64,000 nucleotides of DNA, taken from an uncultured Acidobacteriaceae bacterium (GTDB taxonomy: Bacteria > Acidobacteriota > Terriglobia > Terriglobales > Acidobacteriaceae). Shown piece after piece: positions 38,542 to 48,190 of this stretch. A program made the translations under genes and the position numbers. The DNA lies in NCBI GenBank assembly GCA_964252445.1, contig CAXUND010000002.1:20803-84802 (forward strand), read 5' to 3'. Position 1 is the first letter of the stretch; each line of letters begins with the position of its first letter. The notes below the pieces were generated by a model. It searched no databases. It had not been told where the DNA came from and worked only from the letters and a program-made list of their open reading frames with translations.

Positions 38542-38969
38542 GCCACCATGCCTTCGTCTATCTGCACCAGCATCTGCTCGACCAGGCGCGCGCCCGCCTC
38601 GGTGCCAAGCATCTGCATCGGCGTCTCGCCATCAAAGCGCTGTTTCGGCTTCCTCATCCAGGAGAAGGCCTTTTCGCGGCTGGCAAACACTCGCTCCGCG
38701 AGCGCCAGCACCCGCGCGGCACGCAGGGCCTTGTCTGACTCGTCGGCCGACAGGTGGTGTGCCGAGCCTTTAGCAGCGCGCGCCCGGCGGTGCTTCAGCG
38801 TTCGCGGCGAGATAACAATCGAGTGGAACTCTTCGCGAGTCAGTCCGTGCGCGAGCAGCGCCGCCTGCACCCCCAGCGGCAGCCCACGGCGAACCACTCG
38901 CGCCAGATCAATATCCGAGGAAAACTCCTCGCCCAGCACCCTGCCGATAGTCTCCGGTACTCCAGCCAT
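38538..38969 (-). CDS. Xre-like antitoxin with DUF2384 (MbcA/ParS-type toxin-binding) domain
   Basis: The C-terminal FDGETPMQMLGTEAGARLVEQMLVQIDEGM is typical of DUF2384 antitoxins. The start is taken at ATG 38969. Confidence 0.8.
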   Translation of the reverse strand: MAGVPETIGRVLGEEFSSDIDLARVVRRGLPLGVQAALLAHGLTREEFHSIVISPRTLKHRRARAAKGSAHHLSADESDKALRAARVLALAERVFASREKAFSWMRKPKQRFDGETPMQMLGTEAGARLVEQMLVQIDEGMVA

Positions 38970-39093
38970 ACGCGTACCCCGTAGTGGACAGTATGCCACA
39001 AAAGGTGAGGCAAACTGTCCTCATGCCTCCAGTGAGATGCCTGATCACTGTCGCCCGTATGATATTGCTCGATACTTCGAAGGATGCCGCCAT

Positions 39094-41577
39094 ATGAAGC
39101 AGACTGCACTTGCCGCCGGACTACTCCTGCTCGCTGCCGCCGGGTCGACCGGCGTCCTCGGACAAAAGATCACACACGGGGATTCCGGGATCGTCGCGGT
39201 CCAAGGGGATGTGTCTGTAGAAGTAGTGGCGCTGACCGACCACGTTCTCCGGGTGCGCATGTGGCGCGGTGGAACTCCTCCGGAGGATGCCTCCTGGTCC
39301 GTGCTTCCCGCGGCGCGCACCAGCCGGGTGCATGTCACTCCAGCCAACGCCGGCTTCGCGACCGGGTCGATGCGCGTGAGCCTCGATGACCGCCTGATGC
39401 TGACGGTTTCGGATCTTGCCGGCAACGTGCTCCAAAAGGATGCCGCGCCAGTGAGCTGGGAGGGCCGGCGCTTCACCATCAGCAAGCAGCAGACCAAGGA
39501 GGACCACTACTTCGGCCTTGGAGACAAGCCCGGTCCGCTCGACCGCTCAGGCGAAGTCTTCACCCTGTGGAACACAGACTCGTTCGGATGGCAGGAGTCG
39601 ACGGATCCCATCTACAAGAGCATTCCGTACTTCCTCGATGTGAACCGCGGCCGTGCGCTGGGAGTCTTTCTCGATAACACCTGGCGCACCAGCTTCGACT
39701 TCGGGCGTACGGATCCGGACAGCACCACGATCGGTGCGATGGGCGGTCCGGTCGATTACTACCTGCTCTACGGGCCGGAACCGAAAGCCGTGGTCTCCGA
39801 GTGGGCGTGGCTGACCGGGACTACCCCGCTGCCGCCCGTGTGGGCGCTCGGGTTCCAGCAGTCGCGCTACAGCTACTATCCCGAATCGCAGCTGCGGGAA
39901 ATCGCAGCCACCCTGCGCCGGGACCGCATCCCGTCCGACGTCCTGTGGCTCGATATCGATTTTCAATACAAGAACCGGCCGTTTACGGTGAACGAAGCGG
40001 CGTACCCGGATTTCGGCGGCATGGTGAAGGACCTGGCCCGCGAGCAGTTCAAGCTGGTGGTGATCACCGACCTGCATGTGGCGCGGCAGCCAAACATCGG
40101 CTACGCGCCCTATGATTCCGGGACCGCGGGTGATCGCTTCGTCAAGAGAGCGGACGGCTCCGTCTATGTGGGTGAGGTATGGCCCGGGCCTTCCGTGTTT
40201 CCCGACTTTACCCAGGCGAGCACCCGTGAGTGGTGGGGAACACTGTTCAAGACCTTCATCGACCAGGGGGTGGCGGGCTTTTGGAACGATATGAACGAGC
40301 CGGCGGTCTTCGACGGTCCGGGCAAGACCATGCCGGACGATGTGCAGCACCGCATCGACGAGCCCGGCTTTAAGCAGCGCACGGCGACGCATCTTGAGAT
40401 CCACAACATCTACGGGACCGAAAATGCCCGCGGGACCTACGAGGGCCAGCTGAGACTGCGGCCGAACGAACGGCCCTTCACCATGACGCGTGCCAGCGGG
40501 GCCGGCGGCCATCGCTACGCCACCACCTGGACAGGCGACAACAGCTCCACGTGGAATCACCTGCGCATGACCATTCCGCAGCTGGTGAACCTGGGATTGA
40601 GCGGCTTTTCGCTTGCCGGAGCAGATGTGGGCGGCTTTGCCGGTTCACCCTCGCCCGAGCTGCTGACCAAGTGGATCGAGATTGCCGCCTTCCAGCCGAT
40701 CGATCGCGACCACTCTGCCAAGGGCACCCGCATGCACGAGGTGTGGGTGGACGGCCCGGAGCAGGAGGCCATCCGCCGGCGCTTCATTGAAGAGCGTTAC
40801 CGGCTGCTGCCGTACCTGTACACGGTGGCGGAAGAAGGCTCGCGAGACGGGTTGCCGATCAACCGTCCGCTCTTCCTGGAGTTCCCGCATGCAACCGAAG
40901 ACGGGCGTCCATTCGACCTTGAAAGCGGCAGTGAGTTCATGGTTGGCAGCCGTCTCTTGGTCGCGCCCAACCCCTCGCCCGACGAGATCGCCCCGTACAC
41001 CGTGCACCTGCCGCCCGGCACCTGGTACGACTACTGGACCGGGGAGCAGTACACGCGAACGCAGGCGACAGGCGCACTCGATCTCGAACAGCGCGACAAG
41101 GTGATCGCCCAGAAGCCCCTCATGATGGAGCCGAAGCTGGCCGAACTGCCGGTGTACGTGCGCGGCGGGACGATTTTGCCGGTCGCGCCGCTTACCCAGA
41201 GCACGGCGGAGGTTCCGCAGGGTCCGCTGACGTTGCGGGTGTACCCGCCTGCCCCCGGCTCAGGCGCGGGTGAAGCGTGCACGGGCGAGGTCTACACCGA
41301 TGACGGGCACAGCTTTGACTTCCGCAAGGGTCAGTACGCCCGCGTCGGCTTCAGCTGCTCGGTTGCCGCAGACGGCGCGCTGACGGTCGACATTGCGAAG
41401 CAGGAGGGTAGCTGGAGGCCCTGGTGGCGGTCGTACAGAATTGAGGTCGTGGGCTCGACGGCGACACGTGCCGCGGTCAACGGCAGGCAAGTGGAGGCTG
41501 ACCAGGCGGGAGGCCGTCCCGGGTTGACGATCCCTGCCGAGAGCGGCGGCTCGCACATCGTGCTGCGAAGGGATTAA
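39094..41577 (+). CDS. secreted GH31 alpha-glucosidase
   Basis: ATG at 39094 gives the signal peptide MKQTALAAGLLLLAAAG. GFWNDMNEP is the catalytic nucleophile motif. The ORF-track extension to 38029 is antisense to the RES/Xre genes and is rejected. Confidence 0.88.
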   Translation: MKQTALAAGLLLLAAAGSTGVLGQKITHGDSGIVAVQGDVSVEVVALTDHVLRVRMWRGGTPPEDASWSVLPAARTSRVHVTPANAGFATGSMRVSLDDRLMLTVSDLAGNVLQKDAAPVSWEGRRFTISKQQTKEDHYFGLGDKPGPLDRSGEVFTLWNTDSFGWQESTDPIYKSIPYFLDVNRGRALGVFLDNTWRTSFDFGRTDPDSTTIGAMGGPVDYYLLYGPEPKAVVSEWAWLTGTTPLPPVWALGFQQSRYSYYPESQLREIAATLRRDRIPSDVLWLDIDFQYKNRPFTVNEAAYPDFGGMVKDLAREQFKLVVITDLHVARQPNIGYAPYDSGTAGDRFVKRADGSVYVGEVWPGPSVFPDFTQASTREWWGTLFKTFIDQGVAGFWNDMNEPAVFDGPGKTMPDDVQHRIDEPGFKQRTATHLEIHNIYGTENARGTYEGQLRLRPNERPFTMTRASGAGGHRYATTWTGDNSSTWNHLRMTIPQLVNLGLSGFSLAGADVGGFAGSPSPELLTKWIEIAAFQPIDRDHSAKGTRMHEVWVDGPEQEAIRRRFIEERYRLLPYLYTVAEEGSRDGLPINRPLFLEFPHATEDGRPFDLESGSEFMVGSRLLVAPNPSPDEIAPYTVHLPPGTWYDYWTGEQYTRTQATGALDLEQRDKVIAQKPLMMEPKLAELPVYVRGGTILPVAPLTQSTAEVPQGPLTLRVYPPAPGSGAGEACTGEVYTDDGHSFDFRKGQYARVGFSCSVAADGALTVDIAKQEGSWRPWWRSYRIEVVGSTATRAAVNGRQVEADQAGGRPGLTIPAESGGSHIVLRRD

Positions 41578-41620
41578 GGTTGGTGTCTGCGATGCCTCAA
41601 TAAGCGACTCCAGGAGCACG

Positions 41621-44299
41621 ATGCGACCCCTTGCTGCGGTTTTCCTTCTATTGATTGCGCCTTCTGTTTTTGCGAAGGCGCAGGTGGTTCCGGCGGATAA
41701 GGCCGATGAAGCGCGTATCGACCGCCTGCTGGGGCAGATGTCGGTCGAAGAGAAGATGAGTTTGATCCGCGGCGACGCCGAGCCGGAGGCGACCAACCAG
41801 GGGCAGGCCGGCTACCTGCCCGGCGTGCCGCGGCTGGGAGTCCCCTATCTGCGCATGGCTGATGGTCCCCCAGGCGTGCTGACGCGGGTTGCCGGCCAGG
41901 CGCAGACCGCGACCATGGGCGTCGCGGCAACCTGGAGCCTTAAGGACGCAGAGCAGAATGGAGTGGCCATCGGCCGCGAGGCGCGCTCACTCGGCATCGA
42001 TGTCGTGCTGCAGCCGTTTATCAACATCGACCGCGACCTCACCTTTTCGCGCAGCTACAACACGCTGGGTGAAGACCCTTTTCTCAACGGGATGATGGGC
42101 GCGGCGGAGATTCGGGGAGAACAGGCACAGGGAGTCATGTCCATGGCCAAGCACTACGTGGCCTATGACTCCGAATCCTTCAACGTCGTCGTCGATCAGC
42201 AGGCGCTGCATGAGGTTTACGTTGCGCCGTTTGACCTGGCGATCAAGGCTGGTGTGGCCTCGATCATGTGCTCCTACAACAAGATCAACGGGCGCTTTGC
42301 CTGCGGGAATGCGGACACGCTCAAGACCATCCTTCGTGATGAGCTTGGGTTCAAGGGTTTCCTCACGTCGGACTGGGGTGGGGTGCACAACGTGCACTTC
42401 ATCAACGAGGGATTAACCATGGAGATGCCGGGCGAGGTCTCCGAGGACAGCCCCTTCGCCGGCATGATGCACACCTACTTCCGCACGCGGCCTGAGAACT
42501 CCGGCCCGCCCACCAAGCCGAACCTGGGCGCGCTTGCGGGCATGCTCGGGGGCACCATTCCGGAGGAGACCAAGGGCGGCGGCATGGATATGTCGGCCTT
42601 TCCTATGGAGGCCGATCCCAAGACCATGCGCGATGCTCTGGCGGACGGGTCGGTCACGGAAGCAACCGTGAACGAAGCGGCGCGACGCGTGCTGTACGAG
42701 ATGGATCGCTTCGGCTATCTCGACGGCAAGCAGAAGCATGAGGTCACGCCCCAGGATCTCGAGGGTAACGGGGCGATTATCGAAAAGACCGCGGAGGATG
42801 CGGCGGTGCTGCTCAAGAATGAAGGCGGCATCCTGCCTTTGAAAGCTCACGACAGCATCGCCATGATCGGGCCGACTGCTGGACAGGTGGCTTCAATTGG
42901 GACCTTCGGTGAGCGGTCGCCCGGCATCCCGGAGCGCCAGGTAGGTCCGCTGAACGCACTCAAGAAGCTGGCGCCCGGCACGTCGGTGACCTTTGCCGTG
43001 GCGGACGACATGACCGGCACGCCGATCGGCCCGGGACTGTTCTCGCACGATGGCAAGCCCGGCCTGCTGCTCACGGATACCACCGGCAGCACGACTGTCG
43101 ATGACGCGATTAATTTCACCAAAGCCAACGGCAATGCGCTACCGCCAAACACAGTCGCGACGTGGAAGGGCGAGGTCACTGTTCCTGCTGACGGATCCTA
43201 CTGGTTCTACCTGCAGGCTCTGGGCACGCGCGCCATGTTTAGCCTTGACGGCAAGGAGGTGGGCCGGACCGGCGCGGTTAAGGGCACCGTCCACGGCGAC
43301 GTGCAGCACGCCACGCAGGACAACGGACTGCCCACGACCGACGGACTGGACAACGTGCGCCGCGCGGTCGAGCTGACGCGGGGCGCGCACAAGATCGAGG
43401 TCTCGACGTCGGTCGATACGTCCAATGCGCCTGTCCAGGTTCGGCTGAACTGGATGACACCCGAAGCACGCGAGCGCGCCCACGCTGCGGCGATCGACGC
43501 GGCACGCCGAGCGAAAACGGCAGTGGTGTTTGTGTGGACGCGGGATAAGCCGCACTTTGAGCTTCCGGGCGAGCAGGACAAGCTGGTCGAGGAGATTGCT
43601 GCCGTCAACCCGAACACGGTGGTCGTGCTGAACACCAGCCAGCCGGTGGCGATGCCCTGGATCGACAAGGTTAAGGGCGTACTCGAGATGTGGTGGCCGG
43701 GCGACGAGGGCGGCCTCGCGACCGCGAGGACGCTGTTGGGGCAGAGCAATCCCGGAGGACGCCTGCCCATGACCTGGGCGAAGGCGCTGACAGATTATCC
43801 GGCGACTTCACCCGCTCACCCAGAGCGCTCGGCGAAGGGCGTCGAGGGCAAGACTACCTTCTCGGAGGGCGTGCTGGTGGGGTATCGCTGGTTCGACGAC
43901 CAGAAGATCGAGCCGCTCTATCCGTTTGGTTACGGGCTGTCCTACACGAATTTCGCGATGTCCGATCTAAGAGTCACACCCGGCCCGGGCGGCGGGGCGC
44001 ATGTGTCTGTGCGGGTCAGGAATAATGGGAGCGTCGCCGGGGACGAGGTGCCGGAGATCTATCTGGACGCCCCCGCGAACAAGCCGCAGGGTGTGCAGTT
44101 CGCACCCAAGACGCTGGTGGCCTTCGACAGAGTGACACTAGCGCCTGGTGAGGAGCGCGAGGTGACGCTCGAGATTGCGCCACGGGCATTTGAGTACTGG
44201 TCTGTCGAGAAGAAGGCTTGGGTGAAGCCAGCCGGAAGTCGTACGCTACGGGCCGGGTCCTCTTCGCACGACCTGCCATTGACGGCTGCGGTTGAATAG
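41621..44299 (+). CDS. secreted GH3 beta-glucosidase with PA14 insertion and Fn3-like C-terminus
   Basis: 892 aa with a signal peptide, KHYVAYD and the SDWGG nucleophile motif, a PA14-like segment (WKGEVTVPADGSYWFYLQALG) and a C-terminal Fn3-like domain. Confidence 0.9.
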   Translation: MRPLAAVFLLLIAPSVFAKAQVVPADKADEARIDRLLGQMSVEEKMSLIRGDAEPEATNQGQAGYLPGVPRLGVPYLRMADGPPGVLTRVAGQAQTATMGVAATWSLKDAEQNGVAIGREARSLGIDVVLQPFINIDRDLTFSRSYNTLGEDPFLNGMMGAAEIRGEQAQGVMSMAKHYVAYDSESFNVVVDQQALHEVYVAPFDLAIKAGVASIMCSYNKINGRFACGNADTLKTILRDELGFKGFLTSDWGGVHNVHFINEGLTMEMPGEVSEDSPFAGMMHTYFRTRPENSGPPTKPNLGALAGMLGGTIPEETKGGGMDMSAFPMEADPKTMRDALADGSVTEATVNEAARRVLYEMDRFGYLDGKQKHEVTPQDLEGNGAIIEKTAEDAAVLLKNEGGILPLKAHDSIAMIGPTAGQVASIGTFGERSPGIPERQVGPLNALKKLAPGTSVTFAVADDMTGTPIGPGLFSHDGKPGLLLTDTTGSTTVDDAINFTKANGNALPPNTVATWKGEVTVPADGSYWFYLQALGTRAMFSLDGKEVGRTGAVKGTVHGDVQHATQDNGLPTTDGLDNVRRAVELTRGAHKIEVSTSVDTSNAPVQVRLNWMTPEARERAHAAAIDAARRAKTAVVFVWTRDKPHFELPGEQDKLVEEIAAVNPNTVVVLNTSQPVAMPWIDKVKGVLEMWWPGDEGGLATARTLLGQSNPGGRLPMTWAKALTDYPATSPAHPERSAKGVEGKTTFSEGVLVGYRWFDDQKIEPLYPFGYGLSYTNFAMSDLRVTPGPGGGAHVSVRVRNNGSVAGDEVPEIYLDAPANKPQGVQFAPKTLVAFDRVTLAPGEEREVTLEIAPRAFEYWSVEKKAWVKPAGSRTLRAGSSSHDLPLTAAVE

Positions 44300-44319
44300 A
44301 ACGCGAGACCTGGTTGAAA

Positions 44320-44341
44320 AGACCGGCTTTACTGCCGGTCT
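44320..44341 (-). terminator. terminator hairpin for the tRNA-Gly/tRNA-Cys transcript (possibly bidirectional with GH3)
   Basis: AGACCGGC (44320-44327) pairs with GCCGGTCT (44334-44341). On the minus strand the hairpin is followed by TTTTCAACC. Confidence 0.5.
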
Positions 44342-44359
44342 GAGTTATCTCGAAAGCTT

Positions 44360-44434
44360 TGGAGGCGCGGGCCGGGATCGAACCGGCGCATAAAGGTTTT
44401 GCAGACCTCTCCCTTACCACTTGGGTACCGCGCC
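44360..44434 (-). tRNA. tRNA-Cys (GCA)
   Basis: Hand-folded. 7-bp acceptor stem GGCGCGG/CCGCGCC, anticodon loop CUGCAAA, T arm GCCGG-TTCGATC-CCGGC, discriminator U, and encoded CCA. Confidence 0.92.
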
Positions 44435-44492
44435 ACACGGAAAAACCAACTGCCGCTACCTCGTGGGGCTCAGGTCGGGAGGGAGAGCCGAC

Positions 44493-44567
44493 TGGAGCGG
44501 GAGACGGGACTTGAACCCGCGACCCTCGCCTTGGCAAGGCGATGCTCTACCACTGAGCTACTCCCGC
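44493..44567 (-). tRNA. tRNA-Gly (GCC)
   Basis: Hand-folded. Acceptor GCGGGAG/CTCCCGC, D arm GCTC-AGTGGTA-GAGC, anticodon loop UUGCCAA, T loop TTCAAGT, and encoded CCA. Confidence 0.95.
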
Positions 44568-44580
44568 TTGGTACTCACTG

Positions 44581-44609
44581 AGTCTACTGAACGGGTTCGC
44601 CGGGGTCAA
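44581..44609 (-). promoter_or_regulatory. sigma70-like promoter for the tRNA-Gly/tRNA-Cys operon
   Basis: On the minus strand: TTGACC (44609-44604), a 17-nt spacer, then TAGACT (44586-44581), ending 13 nt upstream of the tRNA-Gly 5' end. Confidence 0.45.
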
Positions 44610-44636
44610 CTTGCCCACCCGACCACCATCCCCTGG

Positions 44637-47142
44637 TTACCGAGCCGTGGCCAGGGCGCCATCCGGCTGCATTGCCGAGTCTTTTGCCGCCTTGGCCAGC
44701 TCCTGGAGCTTTGCCCGCGCCCGCTCCACGTAGTCGCTCAGCGCGACGTCCTCGTTATTGTCAAAGCGGGCAATGGTCTGCTCGGACAGCCTCGCCGCCA
44801 GCTCCGTCTGCCCCGTGCTCTCGTAGATGCGCGCACCGCTCAGCAGTGCTTTGGCGACCTGTTCGCGAATCGCAGCCTCCGGCGAGTTCCCGAATCGCTC
44901 CACAAGGTCGGCATAGATCGGGATCGCCTCCTCCGGTTTGCCCATCTCGGTCATGGTCGCGCCGCGATTGAAGATCGTCCTGGCCACCTGCTTCTGCAGC
45001 AGCGGCTCGGTTGCCTGATCAAAGCGCCGCAGCAGCTCGGCGTATACCTCCATCTCCTCTTCACTGCGGCTCATGGTGCCCAGCGTATACCCCTTGCTCA
45101 GCAGCGCCTTGGCTACTTGTTCGCGCAATCCCAGTTCCTCGGCCGTGCCAAACTGCGCGACCACCTGGTCATACATGTCGATCGCGCCCTGCGGGTCGCC
45201 CGGAGAGGCCAGGGTTGCTCCCTTCAGGGTCATGCCTTTGGCTACCTGCTCCCGCAATCCCGGCTCGGGCGAATCCTTGAAGCGACGCACAAGCTCGTCA
45301 TAGTCGGCCATCTCTTCGACCCTTTCGCCCAGTGAGTTGCGGGCAATGCCGCGGTTCAGCAGCGCCTTGGCCACCTGTTCCCGCAGCGCGGGCTCGGGCG
45401 CAGCCGAATACCGCTCGATCAAATCTGTATATTGCAGCAACCCCTTCGGCATAGCGCTTCAACACCACCAGCGACCAGCCCTTGTTGTACATCGCAGTGG
45501 CAAGGTTCTCTACGATCACCGCGTCCGAGTCGTGATCGAAACGGGTCAGCAGCTCGGCGTACGGGCGCAGCGACTCCTCATTCCGATCCATCTGGTTCAA
45601 GAGCAAGCCCTTGTTGAACAGCGCCTTGGCCACCTGCTGCCGGATCTCGGGCTCCGTGGCCTGAGCGAAACGCTGCGCCAGCGAGCCGTAGGTGGCAATG
45701 GCCTCCTGCCGCCGGTTTAGGGCCTTCAAGGTCATCGCCCACCAGAACATGGCATCGGAGACCTGGATCCGGGTGGCTGAGTCTTGCTGATCCTGCTCGG
45801 AGAGCAGATCGGCGAGCTTCACTACGTCCTCATACCCTTCGAGCTCCTCGGCGCTGTTGTCATAGAGCCCGCGAGCCGCCTCCATCAAGGCGAACAGCGC
45901 CTCGCGCCGATCACCCATCGGCAGCGAATAGAAGTCTACGCGGCGTGCCTCCTGGATGGCCTTCCGGTGCTCACCCTTCGCCATCGCGGCGCGGAAAGGT
46001 ACCAGGCTGTCCGGGCCCACCCTTTTTTCTGAGTCACGTGCTGCCTTGACACGCTTAATGACTTCCTTGAAATTGTAGTCATCCGACGCCGTGATCCAGC
46101 GTTCCGCCGTGTCCAGCGCCTTCAGGCGCTCATAGAAAAAGTCGAGCGGATTTCGCATGAGCGGCGGCACCGGCAGTTCCAGCTGTTCGATAATCTCCGC
46201 AAAAACAACATCAGCTGGCAGCAGTTCGGGAACGCTCGACCCGGGCGTCGTCCGTGCAGATTGCTTGGCGCTCTCCCAGTTCGCCGGAGCGCTCTGAGCT
46301 CCCACTTCCGAAGCTCCGGCCTGTTTGAGGTCCTGCGGCATCTGGCCCCCGGATGGCACCTGCTCATCCGGCACGACGAAGTTGACGTCATCGCTCTCCT
46401 TCAGCCAGAGCGGCAGCTCGTCGATATCACCTCTGCGGTAGCAGAACCAGTAGATGGGCGTTCCCAGCGCTCCCACGGCCAAACGCTCCTTGAACGAGGT
46501 CATCAGGATGTCACCCTCCCAACCGCTGTAGCCCACCACCAGCGGCGAGTAGTTGGCCAGAGCCTGCGAAAGGGTGCGCAACATGGGCGCATTGCCGGAG
46601 CGCGCGGCGATCTCATTCTGCAGATTGCAGCAGTCATAGAACCAGAAGGACCCGTGCACATGGATGATCTGCAGGTTTTCCGACTCGATGTTCATCCTGC
46701 TTACGGTTTGCGGATGATCGCAGATCAGCGGCCGCTCTCCATAAAGCTCCAGAGCCTTGCTGAGCATCTCGTCGAAGTTCGTGGTGAAAACGGTTCGTGC
46801 CACACGGTCGGCCACAAGGATGCGCGCAAGTTTGTCATTGGCGCGCGAGATACTTACCTTCGACATGATGCTATCCAGGTATTTGCGCCGGGTGCGAGCC
46901 GAGGTGTACCCGCGCTGAAACCAGTGCGAATACCTTTCCATCATGGAGCGCCCGGTCGGCAGATCAGGGGTCTCGTAGTATTTCTTCGCGCGCTCGCGAC
47001 AATGCTTCTCGATGTCACCGGCGAGCGGAACCTCAGGCGCCGAGACCCCCGCACCCACAATGAAAAAGAACGGCGATCGCTCCTCCTGATCGACGATCTG
47101 ATGGATCTCGGAGACCGCTTTCTTCAAGCACATCTGGTTCAT
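44637..47142 (-). pseudogene. SIR2-like (SIR2_2/NADase-type) protein with C-terminal 43-residue repeat array, interrupted by a +1 nt frameshift
   Basis: ORF 45298..47142 (614 aa) carries the SIR2_2-type motifs FFFIVGAGVS, TTNFDEML, IIHVHGS and LVVGYSGWEGD, then helical repeats. ORF 44637..45452 (271 aa, other frame) continues the same repeats. Removing one G from the GGGG run (plus-strand CCCC 45441-45444) fuses them into an ORF of about 835 aa (..LKRYAEG/LLQYTDLIERY..). Confidence 0.65.
44680..45702 (-). repeat. array of at least 8 tandem 43-residue (129-nt) coding repeats
   Basis: Consensus Y-x2-L-x2-RF-x4-EP-x-[LI]-REQVAKAL-x-NKG-x2-L-x4-R-x-EE. Examples are YDELVRRFKDSPEPGLREQVAKGM, YAELLRRFDQATEPLLQKQVARTI and YADLVERFGNSPEAAIREQVAKAL. 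More degenerate copies probably extend to about 45850. Confidence 0.75.
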
Positions 47143-47175
47143 ACGCGCGACTCCAGCTGAACTGCGGACCGGAAA

Positions 47176-47203
47176 AGTATAAGAGAGTTCGTCCCGTTTT
47201 CAG
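47176..47203 (-). promoter_or_regulatory. weak candidate promoter upstream of the SIR2-like gene
   Basis: On the minus strand: CTGAAA, 16 nt, then TATACT, about 30 nt upstream of the ATG at 47142. The -35 match is poor. Confidence 0.2.
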
Positions 47204-47312
47204 ACAGTATTCAGCAGGCCATTGATCAGACTGGTGGTGGCTCAGGTTTTTGCGCCTGATCCATCCGGAACCAGGGTCATTTCACCTGAGACCCGCGGCG
47301 CAAGTGAGCATG

Positions 47313-48026
<714 letters not shown>

Positions 48027-48190
48027 GTTGTTCATTCGCCGACTCGCGGCCTGTTCCCCGACCAATTCTACGTCGGAGGCTCTACGCTTTTCCGGCGAGA
48101 ATCGCCACCCCGGAGACTTCGGTCACCATGCGGCCTAGTGGCGCGACTGTCTGCTATGAACTCAGGACGTTGATCTCCCATCGCGGAGCT

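Noticed and set aside
38029-39093. 355-codon N-terminal extension of the GH31 ORF (the 1182-aa ORF in the track)
   Set aside because: The extension is antisense to the RES and Xre genes and has junk-like composition. A clean signal peptide begins at ATG 39094.
44421-47160. Plus-strand ORFs 44421..45335 (304 aa) and 46261..47160 (299 aa) opposite the SIR2-repeat gene
   Set aside because: Both have Arg/Leu/Gln-rich shadow-frame composition, and the first would run through both tRNA genes. The minus-strand frames carry clear motifs.
38000-47312. tRNA-bounded genomic island with att direct repeats
   Set aside because: I could not find a duplicated copy of the tRNA-Cys or tRNA-Gly 3' end in the flanks by eye, and no integrase is present. 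The island interpretation is left as untested.
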